A stretch of 47,001 bases of DNA, from contig JAGOPB010000002.1 in assembly GCA_017992255.1 (NCBI GenBank), positions 1 to 47,001 of the forward strand. The letters are read 5' to 3'. A program made the position numbers and the translations under genes. This DNA comes from Minisyncoccota bacterium. Its GTDB lineage: Bacteria > Patescibacteriota > Minisyncoccia > Phycocordibacterales > UBA9973. Positions 27,079 to 36,755 of the stretch are shown piece by piece. The notes beneath the pieces were generated by a model. That model was given only the letters and a program-made list of their open reading frames with translations. It did no database searches and was not told the origin of the DNA. Every line of letters begins with the position of its first letter. Position 1 is the stretch's first letter.

Positions 27079-27732
27079 TTATTTTACAATAACTACATAC
27101 TCACCGCGAGGTTTTTTTTCTTGTAATTCACCAATATGGTCACAAGGTAGTTTAGTGACGAATTCTTCAAACAGCTTTGTCATTTCTCGGGCAAACGTGA
27201 TATGTTTTTTGGGTGCGTACTTTTCTAATGATGCAAGCGTTTTTTCAATTCTGTGCGGAGATTCATAAAAAACAACAGGTCTTTTAGATTCGGCTACTTC
27301 GCGAAAAAGAGTATCTCTACCTTTTTTTTGAGGTAAAAAACCAAGAAAAAGAAATTCATGCATAGGAATACCTGCTCCTGCAACAGCTGCAGTGAGTGCA
27401 GAAGGACCAGGTATTACTTGTACTTCATAGTCTAGTTCACGAGCTTTCATAACAATAAGAACACCAGGATCAGAAATTGCAGGAGTACCAGCGTCTGACA
27501 CTAGAGCAATATGTTTGTTGTTTTCAAGAAGATGTAAATACTTTTCTATTGCTTTCGATGACATATTTGCATGAAAAACAGCTGTTCGCGTGTCAATATT
27601 GTATTTTTGGAGAAGTTTTTTTGTAACACGAGTATCCTCACATAATATAAGATCTGCTTCTGTAAGAATACGAATAGCACGTAATGTTATGTCTTCTAGA
27701 TTTCCTATAGGTGTTGAGACGACAGATAACAT
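27079..27732 (-). CDS. rsmI: 16S rRNA (cytidine1402-2'-O)-methyltransferase RsmI
   Basis: VSTPIGNLEDITLRAIRIL...LILCEDTR and SDAGTPAISDPG motifs. Confidence 0.9.
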   Translation of the reverse strand: MLSVVSTPIGNLEDITLRAIRILTEADLILCEDTRVTKKLLQKYNIDTRTAVFHANMSSKAIEKYLHLLENNKHIALVSDAGTPAISDPGVLIVMKARELDYEVQVIPGPSALTAAVAGAGIPMHEFLFLGFLPQKKGRDTLFREVAESKRPVVFYESPHRIEKTLASLEKYAPKKHITFAREMTKLFEEFVTKLPCDHIGELQEKKPRGEYVVIVK

Positions 27733-27736
27733 AATA

Positions 27737-28138
27737 TTAAAAAATATAATCCTTTATGTATAGCGAAATAAGTGTTCCTACACTAACAAGAATTCCTCCC
27801 CATATAATATGTAGCACAATAAATCCAGAGGATTGGTAAAAAGTGAGGTGCGCTAATTCATAAAAAGCGAATATTCCTACTCCGAATCCAAAAGAAATTG
27901 CAAATGTGTGCCAACTGATACCAAGCGCACGAAAAGCAGGTACTACAAAAAAAGTCGTTAAAAATGAGAGTGCTATATACACTCCAAGAAGAGATAAAAA
28001 ATGTGGGTTAAAAACAAGACCACTTCTCATTGTTGATTCAAGTGACACCTTTCCGTAATACGTTTCTTCAATAAATCTTAACCATATAAAATCCAGACCG
28101 AGATAAATAAATATTGAAATAAAGAACTGAGAAATCAT
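27737..28138 (-). CDS. Small integral membrane protein (DUF2177-like, tentative)
   Basis: Four TM segments. The LDFIWL, YELAHL and IIWGG spacing resembles the DUF2177 pattern as I recall it. Confidence 0.5.
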   Translation of the reverse strand: MISQFFISIFIYLGLDFIWLRFIEETYYGKVSLESTMRSGLVFNPHFLSLLGVYIALSFLTTFFVVPAFRALGISWHTFAISFGFGVGIFAFYELAHLTFYQSSGFIVLHIIWGGILVSVGTLISLYIKDYIF

Positions 28139-28194
28139 AATGAATATACTAGTTACAAAATAAATAAAAGAGTGTATGTGTACATACTAAAAAA

Positions 28195-28629
28195 TTATCG
28201 ACGATATTTTCTATTTTTCCATTTGTCTGCAATTTTTACTCGAGTAAGAGATCGTTCTAACTCGCTTTCAAATGACTCAAAATCTACATTCTCACTGTTT
28301 ACTTTCATGTGCATTATTTCAGTTGCTCGTGCTTTTGCTGTTGCAAGTACGTCATCTGAAATATCTGATACGTGTTCAGCGAAATCTGCCAGGATTTTGA
28401 TTTCATTGTTTGCTACTTCGATAAATCCTCCAGAAACTGCTATTGGGATCACTTCTTCGTCAATTTTTGCAACGATATCTCCAGATGCCAACGTGGAAAT
28501 AAGTGGTATATGGTCAGGTAAAATCGTAATCTCTCCTTCACTTGTAGGTAATGTTGCTGAATTCACTTCTTCGTTTAAAACAATTCGTTCTGGTGTAATT
28601 ATTTTGAGTTGTAATTTTTTATTTGACAT
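28195..28629 (-). CDS. atpC: ATP synthase F1 epsilon subunit
   Basis: LQLKIITPERIVLNEEV...EGEITILPDHIPLIS beta-sandwich plus C-terminal helices. Confidence 0.9.
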   Translation of the reverse strand: MSNKKLQLKIITPERIVLNEEVNSATLPTSEGEITILPDHIPLISTLASGDIVAKIDEEVIPIAVSGGFIEVANNEIKILADFAEHVSDISDDVLATAKARATEIMHMKVNSENVDFESFESELERSLTRVKIADKWKNRKYRR

Positions 28630-28637
28630 TTATTAAT

Positions 28638-28928
28638 TTAAATAGAGGGTTCTGTGTTTATTGCGTTATTTTGTTTTCCTTCTATGTCATGATTAGGGTT
28701 TATATGATCTACTATATCCATTTTATTTTTTAATTCTTTGAATATTTCTGGATCTTGTAGTGAAAGCACTGATTCAATTATAGATTTGTATAATAGCTTT
28801 GCATCATTATATTTTTCTTGTTTTATATATTGATCTGCTTCATTCAAGATTGATAATATGCGTTCTTTCTCCGGGTTACTAGTATCTACTTTTTCTTGTT
28901 TATGTGAGTCTTTATAAAAGTTTTCCAT
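28638..28928 (-). CDS. Hypothetical 96-aa soluble charged protein inserted between atpD and atpC
   Basis: Same strand, 18 nt after the atpD stop and 8 nt before the atpC ATG. An open frame of 96 codons is unlikely by chance in AT-rich DNA. No family recognised. Confidence 0.5.
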   Translation of the reverse strand: MENFYKDSHKQEKVDTSNPEKERILSILNEADQYIKQEKYNDAKLLYKSIIESVLSLQDPEIFKELKNKMDIVDHINPNHDIEGKQNNAINTEPSI

Positions 28929-28946
28929 AGTAAATATATTTTAAGT

Positions 28947-30331
<1,385 letters not shown>

Positions 30332-30350
30332 ATAGTAATACAAGTCAAAC

Positions 30351-30713
30351 TCATTTTCTATGCTTAGCATCTAGAGATTTTTCCAGACCATAGAGCATTT
30401 TGGAACATTCTTCAAACTTTCCGATATAATCATCAAATTCACTTTTTTCCAAATATCCCTTTTGGTGAGCAATACCTAGATGATGTTCTGTTTCTCTGAT
30501 TTCTCCTTGTGCTCTTGATATCGTTTCAGTGAAGATATTTGTGTGCTTGTTTCCAAATCCCTCTGCTAAGTTTGCTGGCGCTGAATTGGACGATCTCCTA
30601 AGTTGAGAGCCAAGCTCATAGAGCTCGTGTTTCGGAAAAGTCATAGTTAACTTGTCTACAGTTAAGGCTAACATAAATAGTTTCTTATATACATTTAAAT
30701 CTTGGAATTGCAT
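30351..30713 (-). CDS. Four-helix-bundle protein of the 23S rRNA intervening-sequence protein family (Avd-like)
   Basis: MQFQDLNVYKKLFMLALTVDKLTMTFPKHELYELGSQLRRSSNSAPANLAEGFG is the characteristic N-terminal signature of this family. TGA stop. Confidence 0.85.
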   Translation of the reverse strand: MQFQDLNVYKKLFMLALTVDKLTMTFPKHELYELGSQLRRSSNSAPANLAEGFGNKHTNIFTETISRAQGEIRETEHHLGIAHQKGYLEKSEFDDYIGKFEECSKMLYGLEKSLDAKHRK

Positions 30714-30728
30714 TTCACTGATAACTTA

Positions 30729-30747
30729 AATCTTTAATCTACTAACT
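30729..30747 (-). repeat. Motif copy B: AGTTAGTAGATT-A-AAGATT (minus-strand reading)
   Basis: Reverse complement of 30729-30747. It contains the atpG stop codon (AGT TAG TAG) and is inverted relative to copy A. Confidence 0.7.
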
Positions 30748-31644
30748 GATCGACGCCATACCGGCGCTTATTTCTGATATTTCCTTTGTAATCGCAGCCT
30801 GACGTGCTTTGTTGAATGCGAGCGTCAAGTCGTCTATCATCTCCCCTGCAGCTTCCGATGCATTCTTCATCGCCATCATGCGAGACGATTGCTCGGACGC
30901 ACTCGATTCGAGGATCATCTGATACACTTGCGCGCGAGCTATTTTTTCTACCAATTTACTCATGAGCACATCATAGCCGGGTTCGAAAGTATATGATGTT
31001 GTTGGAAGATTATTTGAAGGTGCAGTAGAGTTATTTGTACCCAAAGTTTCTACAGACTTTTCTACTTCTTCGATTGTGACCGGTAATATAAGTCTGACAG
31101 CAGGTTTAGAAACAAGTGCCGAAACAAAATCTGTATAGGCAATATGCACTTTGTCATATGTTCCATTCATATATTCTTGTATTAGTAAATTTCCAATAGG
31201 AAGTACGTCTCGAAGTGTTGCATTTTCTGGTAATTCAGTAAAAGATGCAACAATATTTTGTCCCAGTCTACGTAGCGCACCTTCGCCTTTTTTACCAATT
31301 GCAATAAACGAAATATTTGAATTGTTGCTGTCTTTGATTATCTGTAAAACTTTTCTTATTATTTGGGCATTGTACGCTCCGCAAAGTCCTCTATTTGAAG
31401 TGATAAGGACTATTAATGTATTTTTGACTTCACGTTTAGCCAAAAGTGGATGTTCAGTTTCTCCACCAATTTTTGAAAGGGATTCTAGAATTTGCCAAGA
31501 TGCTTGCGCGTATGGACGAGAGGCCAAAGTAGCAGAAACCGCGCGCTTCATTTTGGAAGCAGAAACCAGCTCCATCGCTTTGGTTATCTTCTTTGTGTTC
31601 TTCACACTCTTTATTCGTCTTTTAATATCAAGTGATCCTGCCAT
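30742..31644 (-). CDS. atpG: ATP synthase F1 gamma subunit
   Basis: N-terminal IKRRIKSVKNTKKITKAMELVSASK and C-terminal RQAAITKEISEISAG are gamma signatures. Confidence 0.93.
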   Translation of the reverse strand: MAGSLDIKRRIKSVKNTKKITKAMELVSASKMKRAVSATLASRPYAQASWQILESLSKIGGETEHPLLAKREVKNTLIVLITSNRGLCGAYNAQIIRKVLQIIKDSNNSNISFIAIGKKGEGALRRLGQNIVASFTELPENATLRDVLPIGNLLIQEYMNGTYDKVHIAYTDFVSALVSKPAVRLILPVTIEEVEKSVETLGTNNSTAPSNNLPTTSYTFEPGYDVLMSKLVEKIARAQVYQMILESSASEQSSRMMAMKNASEAAGEMIDDLTLAFNKARQAAITKEISEISAGMASIS

Positions 31645-31648
31645 AAAA

Positions 31649-31990
31649 TTAATGATTAATTTTCAGTAAATAAGAAAACACAAAGAAAGCTAAACTACAA
31701 AGTAAGAGAATATTTGATACACGTTGCAATTTATTACCGAAACATATCTGCGTACTGTCGTTTATCAACTTTATCTTTTTAGTGCGTACCAAACCTGAAA
31801 TAGCAAAAACACAAGAAACTATAAGAAGTATAAATGAAGAAAAATACGCAAGGAGCATAGCTCTAAAGAATACCAAGCTTTGTGAATCTATACTGATTAG
31901 AAAGACTATAAATACGGCACCCCAAATCCCAATCAATACCTGATTGATTCGATAGACTGCTTTTGCTGTTGTAATAGCTTTCTGATCCAT
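31649..31990 (-). CDS. Hypothetical 113-aa three-TM membrane protein inserted between atpA and atpG
   Basis: ATG 31990 lies 4 nt after the atpA stop; the stop lies 4 nt before the atpG ATG. Three hydrophobic helices. The track ORF (to 32026) overlaps atpA. Confidence 0.5.
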   Translation of the reverse strand: MDQKAITTAKAVYRINQVLIGIWGAVFIVFLISIDSQSLVFFRAMLLAYFSSFILLIVSCVFAISGLVRTKKIKLINDSTQICFGNKLQRVSNILLLCSLAFFVFSYLLKINH

Positions 31991-31994
31991 GAAT

Positions 31995-33500
31995 TTATGA
32001 ATTAAACGTACTCTTAAAACTCTCAATCGTCTCTTTCAATTTCGCCTCACTTGCATCCTCCCACATTTTCTTCTCCACCACATCAGCCACAAATTCTTTA
32101 CAATTTGCTTCGACGTAGTCGATAAGACCTGCTTCAAATTCCTTGATCTTCGCTACAGGAATACTATCCATGTATCCACGAGTAAGTGCATAGAGTGATA
32201 TGACTTGGTGTTGTACAAGCATCGGTGAGTATTGAAGTTGCTTCAAAAGCTCTACTGCACGGCGACCGCGTTCAATTTGGTTTCTAGTTGCAGCATCGAG
32301 GTCAGAACCAAACTGTGAAAATGCTTCGAGTTCTCGAAATTGTGCAAGGTCTAGTTTTAGTGTTCCTGCGACTTTTTTCATTGCTTTTATCTGTGCGTTT
32401 CCCCCAACACGAGAGACAGAAAAGCCGACATTGACCGCAGGTCGTATTCCTTTGTAGAAGAGATCGGTTTCGAGAAATATCTGTCCATCAGTGATAGAGA
32501 TCACGTTTGTCGGAATATATGCAGAGATGTCACCCGCTTGGGTTTCAATAATAGGCAATGCTGTTATTGACCCACCCCCAAAGTCTACGTTCTTTCGACA
32601 AGCACGTTCGAGAAGTCGTGAGTGGAGATAAAAGACATCTCCAGGGTATGCTTCACGACCTGGAGGACGACGAAGAAGGAGTGAGATTTCGCGGTATGCA
32701 ACTGCGTGCTTGGAAAGGTCATCGTATATGATAAGTACGTCCTCACCTTTATCCATAAAGTATTCAGCAATTGAAACACCCGCATACGGTGCAAGATATT
32801 GCATTGGAGATGGATCCGATGCTCCCGCCGATACAATAGTGGTATAGTCCATAGCTCCCGCTGTACGCAGACGCGCTTCTAGTGCTCGAAGTTTTGAATC
32901 TTTTTGACCAATAGCAACATACACACATTTCATATTCTGCCCTTTTTGATTCAAAATAGTGTCCACAGCGATTGCTGTTTTTCCTGTTTGTCTATCACCG
33001 ATGATAAGTTCACGCTGACCTCGTCCAACTGGCACGAGAGCATCAATAGCTTTTATTCCAGTTTGAACTGGTTGGTCGACAGATTGTCTGGTAATGACAC
33101 CTGACGCAACACGTTCTATAGGGTATCTCTTGTCGGCTTTTATGTCTCCTTTTCCATCAATAGGAACTCCCAAGGGATTTACTACACGCCCTACAATTGC
33201 ATCACTTACAGGTATCTCCAATATACGTCCTGTGAGACGAACGTCATCACCTTCTTTAATTTTATTATATTCTCCTAAAATAATAACTCCAACTGAATCC
33301 TCTTCTAAGTTTAGAGCCACACCAATCTCCCCATCTTTAAATGTGACCATTTCAGATGCTTTTACTCCGCGAAGACCAGAAACAAGAGCTATACCATCTC
33401 CCACCTCGAGAACTGACCCAATTTCTTCTCTACTTGAATTGTTGGAAAATCCTGCTATCTCACTTTTTAGTTGTTCTAATATGTGCTGTGTATGTGCCAT
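31995..33500 (-). CDS. atpA: ATP synthase F1 alpha subunit
   Basis: Walker A GDRQTGKT plus full-length alpha similarity. Confidence 0.97.
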   Translation of the reverse strand: MAHTQHILEQLKSEIAGFSNNSSREEIGSVLEVGDGIALVSGLRGVKASEMVTFKDGEIGVALNLEEDSVGVIILGEYNKIKEGDDVRLTGRILEIPVSDAIVGRVVNPLGVPIDGKGDIKADKRYPIERVASGVITRQSVDQPVQTGIKAIDALVPVGRGQRELIIGDRQTGKTAIAVDTILNQKGQNMKCVYVAIGQKDSKLRALEARLRTAGAMDYTTIVSAGASDPSPMQYLAPYAGVSIAEYFMDKGEDVLIIYDDLSKHAVAYREISLLLRRPPGREAYPGDVFYLHSRLLERACRKNVDFGGGSITALPIIETQAGDISAYIPTNVISITDGQIFLETDLFYKGIRPAVNVGFSVSRVGGNAQIKAMKKVAGTLKLDLAQFRELEAFSQFGSDLDAATRNQIERGRRAVELLKQLQYSPMLVQHQVISLYALTRGYMDSIPVAKIKEFEAGLIDYVEANCKEFVADVVEKKMWEDASEAKLKETIESFKSTFNS

Positions 33501-33510
33501 ATATATATTG

Positions 33511-33915
33511 TTATTTAGTAAGTGTTGTTTTCAATCTTTCGAGTTGACCTTTTGTGCTTCTATCTATAAGATAATTTTCAGTTCTTATTTTCCATCCTCC
33601 GATAAGTGTTGGATCAATCTCTTCTTGTAGCTCTATCTCTCTCTTTTCAAATATCTTTTTGAGTCCATTTTCTATGTTATCACGATCACTATTAGCAAGT
33701 GGAATTGGACTATGCACAACAGCACGCAATCTTCCATCTTTTTCATCTATCAAACGTGTATACGCTTTTTCTATTTCATGTATATGAGAAAGTGTTTTAT
33801 GTTTTGATAGAAAAGTAACAAATGCAGACAGTAATTCAGCATACTCTTTTTCACTTTCTTCATGTGCTATTGAAAAAAGTATTTCTGCGTATTTTTTTGT
33901 TTCTATTTTTCTCAT
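33511..33915 (-). CDS. atpH: ATP synthase delta (OSCP) subunit, short (134 aa)
   Basis: C-terminal [29 protein letters not shown] matches the OSCP signature. Position is between atpF and atpA. Confidence 0.8.
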   Translation of the reverse strand: MRKIETKKYAEILFSIAHEESEKEYAELLSAFVTFLSKHKTLSHIHEIEKAYTRLIDEKDGRLRAVVHSPIPLANSDRDNIENGLKKIFEKREIELQEEIDPTLIGGWKIRTENYLIDRSTKGQLERLKTTLTK

Positions 33916-33920
33916 ATTTT

Positions 33921-34415
33921 TTATAAATCTTTTGAAACCTCGTTGGATATTTTTTCTTGTAATCCAGTGTCAACAACATTGCCAAGTACTTTTTGAGCTA
34001 CACTAGCGATTAGTCCACCCAGTTCTTTTTTTGCATCAGAAAGCATTTTCATCTTTTCTGCTTCAAGTTCTTCTTTTCCGGCTTTTAGTAATTTTTTAGC
34101 ATCATCTTGAGCTTTTGCGACTAGTTCTAGTCGTACTATCTCAGCGTCTTTTTTTGCAATACCTATAAGCTCTTGAGACTCCTTACGAGCACCTGCTATA
34201 ATTTTCTTATATTCAATCTCCGTATTCTCGAGTAATTCTTTGTGTTTTTTTGCATCTGTAAGCCCTGTAACAATCTTTGCACTTCGTTCTTGCATCAATT
34301 TCCCTAAAGGTTTGATTGCGAAACGGTACAATACAAAAATAACAATAGCGAAGTTCACCATTTGTGCAATGATGAGACGCCAGTCAATATGAAATGTTTC
34401 TATTAGTGAATCCAT
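33921..34415 (-). CDS. atpF: ATP synthase Fo b subunit
   Basis: Single N-terminal TM segment (LIIAQMVNFAIVIFVLYRF), then a long charged helix. Confidence 0.85.
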   Translation of the reverse strand: MDSLIETFHIDWRLIIAQMVNFAIVIFVLYRFAIKPLGKLMQERSAKIVTGLTDAKKHKELLENTEIEYKKIIAGARKESQELIGIAKKDAEIVRLELVAKAQDDAKKLLKAGKEELEAEKMKMLSDAKKELGGLIASVAQKVLGNVVDTGLQEKISNEVSKDL

Positions 34416-34452
34416 GTAAAGATTGTTTATTAGAGATTAAAAGTATAGTGTT

Positions 34453-34508
34453 TCTGCTTTAGCGAGCAGATATAGATTTAAGATTATTGCTAATGCTAAA
34501 ATCTTAAA
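34453..34508 (-). promoter_or_regulatory. Two stem-loops in the atpE-atpF spacer
   Basis: TCTGCT/AGCAGA (34453-34458 and 34465-34470) and TTTAAGATT/AATCTTAAA (34477-34485 and 34500-34508). These are candidate mRNA processing or stability elements between the c and b subunit genes. Confidence 0.4.
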
Positions 34509-34524
34509 CCTACAATCTACCAAC

Positions 34525-34525
<1 letters not shown>
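34500..34525 (-). repeat. Motif copy C: AGTTGGTAGATT-GTAGGTTT-AAGATT (minus-strand reading)
   Basis: Reverse complement of 34500-34525. It starts at the last base of the atpE TAA stop. The first 12 nt and last 6 nt are identical to copy A, and the length is the same 26 nt. Confidence 0.7.
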
Positions 34526-34764
<239 letters not shown>

Positions 34765-34846
34765 TTATGCTTATAATATGACCGCTATAGTGGCTGTCCT
34801 TTCTGTGCGAACTATACAACATGTCGCAGAGAAAGCAAAACCACCA

Positions 34847-35818
34847 TCATGCGTGAACAATGCTATGTTTTTCTTTATCGACCTTTGTAGGAATTGTACC
34901 TTGTTTATGTTCATCTTCGTGTTCGCTGTGGTCTTGTGCTGCTATGGTGAAGTAAACAAGGGTAAGCATTGAAAATATCAGAGCCTGTATCACACCAACC
35001 AAAATTTCAAGAAAAAGAAACGGCACAGGTACTGCATATGCAATAAGTGTAGCCATAGAAGCAAGTAACACCTCTCCTGCAAATACATTACCAAAAAGAC
35101 GAAACGACAACGATGCTATCTTGGCAAACTCACCAATAATCTCAAGAATGCCGACAAAGAATGTGATGGGTGCCACTATTAAAATAGTTGGATCTTTTTT
35201 CACTTTTGTAAAAATAGATCCCATAATTTGAATATTTATAAATTTGTTAAACATTTTCCACCCACCAATCGTCATAATTCCAAATATGTTTGCCCCTATA
35301 ACGGCTATAACAGCTAAAGCGAGTGTCGTATTAACATCAGCAGTACCTCCCCGTAGAAAAGGAACAAGCATGTTTTCATTATTGTGAACGACCACTTGTC
35401 CTATAGATCCACCTCCAGGTAAAATTCCTAGCCAATTGTTTATAAGTACAAATAAAAATATAGCCATTGAAACAGGAAACACTTTTAGAGTAAGCGCACG
35501 ATTGTTTGTTACTTGATCAGCCAAATCTAGTGCTCCTTCTACGATGACTTCAAATACGTTTTGAAGTTTTTCTGGAATTTCTTTGAGATTTCGTTTCAAT
35601 ACGAAGGCAAATAATACAATAATAAGAACAGCAACCCAAGAAGTAACGAGAGAGTTCGTAATAGGAAAACCATGAACATACAAAAGAGGCTCAGCAAAAA
35701 GTGTAGTTTCATGTACGATTTCCTGTGACTCAGTGTGTGATTCTGAGATATCAAATGCATCATTGTGTATAAATGATGGTGTATGTTCAAGTTCTGTTGT
35801 TTCTGTTATATATTCCAT
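34847..35818 (-). CDS. atpB: ATP synthase Fo a subunit (with N- and C-terminal extensions)
   Basis: Essential Arg context SFRLFGNVFAGEV. Polytopic. The start overlaps the atpI stop (TAATG). Confidence 0.9.
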   Translation of the reverse strand: MEYITETTELEHTPSFIHNDAFDISESHTESQEIVHETTLFAEPLLYVHGFPITNSLVTSWVAVLIIVLFAFVLKRNLKEIPEKLQNVFEVIVEGALDLADQVTNNRALTLKVFPVSMAIFLFVLINNWLGILPGGGSIGQVVVHNNENMLVPFLRGGTADVNTTLALAVIAVIGANIFGIMTIGGWKMFNKFINIQIMGSIFTKVKKDPTILIVAPITFFVGILEIIGEFAKIASLSFRLFGNVFAGEVLLASMATLIAYAVPVPFLFLEILVGVIQALIFSMLTLVYFTIAAQDHSEHEDEHKQGTIPTKVDKEKHSIVHA

Positions 35819-36093
35819 TAGTGTATAGTACTTTTCTTTATTTCATCTTCAATCTGTTTCATTGCGTGACGTGATTCTTTTATCAATCCGTACATGGAAA
35901 TAAAAAAGGCAATTGCGGTCAAACCCAAAAAAAAATATGGTGCTGTGTTGAATATTCTATCAAGCCACTTTCCAATCAATAGTGAACCGACTATAGGAAA
36001 AGCAATCCATCCAGATACTTTTGCAAACAACAACAGTGCTGTTCTCATTCCAGTATCTTTTTCTGTAGTTGGCGTATTCTTTGGTGACATCAT
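35818..36093 (-). CDS. atpI: AtpI/AtpZ-type small membrane protein preceding the atp operon
   Basis: Two TM segments (GWIAFPIVGSLLIGKWLD; FFLGLTAIAFFISMYGLI). First gene of the operon, with a 1-nt overlap with atpB. Confidence 0.7.
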   Translation of the reverse strand: MMSPKNTPTTEKDTGMRTALLLFAKVSGWIAFPIVGSLLIGKWLDRIFNTAPYFFLGLTAIAFFISMYGLIKESRHAMKQIEDEIKKSTIH

Positions 36094-36112
36094 ACATTCC
36101 GGATATTCCGGG

Positions 36113-36184
36113 TGCGTGTGGAAAGAATCGAACTTTCGACCTCTGTCTTATCAGGACAGCGTTCTACCACTGAACTACACACGC
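36113..36184 (-). tRNA. tRNA-Ile (anticodon GAU), 72 nt, CCA not encoded
   Basis: The reverse complement GCGTGTGTAGTTCAGTGGTAGAACGCTGTCCTGATAAGACAGAGGTCGAAAGTTCGATTCTTTCCACACGCA folds as a cloverleaf: acceptor GCGTGTG/CACACGC, anticodon stem CTGTC/GACAG, loop CTGATAA, T-loop GTTCGATTC. Confidence 0.93.
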
Positions 36185-36235
36185 AAACAACATTTTCTAA
36201 AAAATACATAAAAAATAGCCTATTGGCTCGGCTCT

Positions 36236-36264
36236 ATAGTAGCAAAAATAACATGTAAAAGCAA
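36236..36264 (-). promoter_or_regulatory. Candidate sigma-70-like promoter for tRNA-Ile and the atp operon
   Basis: Minus-strand TTGCTT (36264-36259), a 17-nt spacer, then TACTAT (36241-36236). It lies directly after the RRM-gene terminator and about 50 nt before the tRNA. Confidence 0.35.
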
Positions 36265-36265
36265 C

Positions 36266-36302
36266 AAAAAACACTCTTTTCGGATAGAAAAAGAGTGTTT
36301 TT
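36266..36302 (-). terminator. Rho-independent terminator after the RRM protein gene
   Basis: AAAAAACACTCTTTT-CGGATAGA-AAAGAGTGTTTTT. The stem is long and is followed by a T run in minus-strand sense. Confidence 0.75.
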
Positions 36303-36315
36303 AAAAAGAGGAAAA

Positions 36316-36567
36316 TTATTCTTCTTTTGGGCGAGCCATAGATACAGTGAGCTTTCGTCCACCGAAATCTTGGCCGTCAAACATAGAGATAGCTTTTTCT
36401 GCTTCTTCTGATGAAGACATCTCAACAAAACCGAAACCTTTTGATCGGCCAGTCATTTTGTCTTTGATGATAGTTGCAGAAACAACTCCTCCTGCTTGTG
36501 CAAAATGTGAATTGAGTTCTTCATCGCTTGTAGCGTATGGAAGTCCTCCTACATAGAGTTTTGACAT
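36316..36567 (-). CDS. RRM-type RNA-binding protein (83 aa)
   Basis: ATG 36567. RNP2 LYVGGL and RNP1 KGFGFVEM. The longer track ORF (to 36696) is a non-homologous extension. Confidence 0.9.
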   Translation of the reverse strand: MSKLYVGGLPYATSDEELNSHFAQAGGVVSATIIKDKMTGRSKGFGFVEMSSSEEAEKAISMFDGQDFGGRKLTVSMARPKEE

Positions 36568-36574
36568 AGCATGG

Positions 36575-36590
36575 TCCTGTTTACACAGGA
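36575..36590 (-). promoter_or_regulatory. Hairpin UCCUGU-GUAA-ACAGGA sequestering the likely Shine-Dalgarno sequence of the RRM gene
   Basis: 6-bp stem with a GNRA tetraloop. The AGGA in the 3' arm lies 8 nt upstream of the ATG. Confidence 0.35.
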
Positions 36591-36755
36591 AAACAATTGG
36601 TAATACGTAATCTCCTAACGCACGACATCGCGAGAACCAATTGCTTGAACACTTGCGAAGCACGTTCAAAATTACCTCTTTATAATACCATACCAAAAAA
36701 AAAAGAAAAGCAAGCTACCCGTTACATACTTACTCGTTGTAAGCATTCAGTACAG

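Noticed and set aside
31151-33630. 172-aa and 178-aa plus-strand ORFs antisense to atpG and atpA
   Set aside because: They are mirror frames of highly conserved ATPase genes, with Ser/Pro/Thr-rich nonsense-like sequences.
36568-36696. N-terminal 43-codon extension of the RRM protein ORF, and similar extensions at scpB, trpS, gltX, aspS, murG and metK
   Set aside because: The extensions start at TTG or GTG or overlap upstream genes, and they are not homologous to the families. Internal ATG codons give canonical N-termini.
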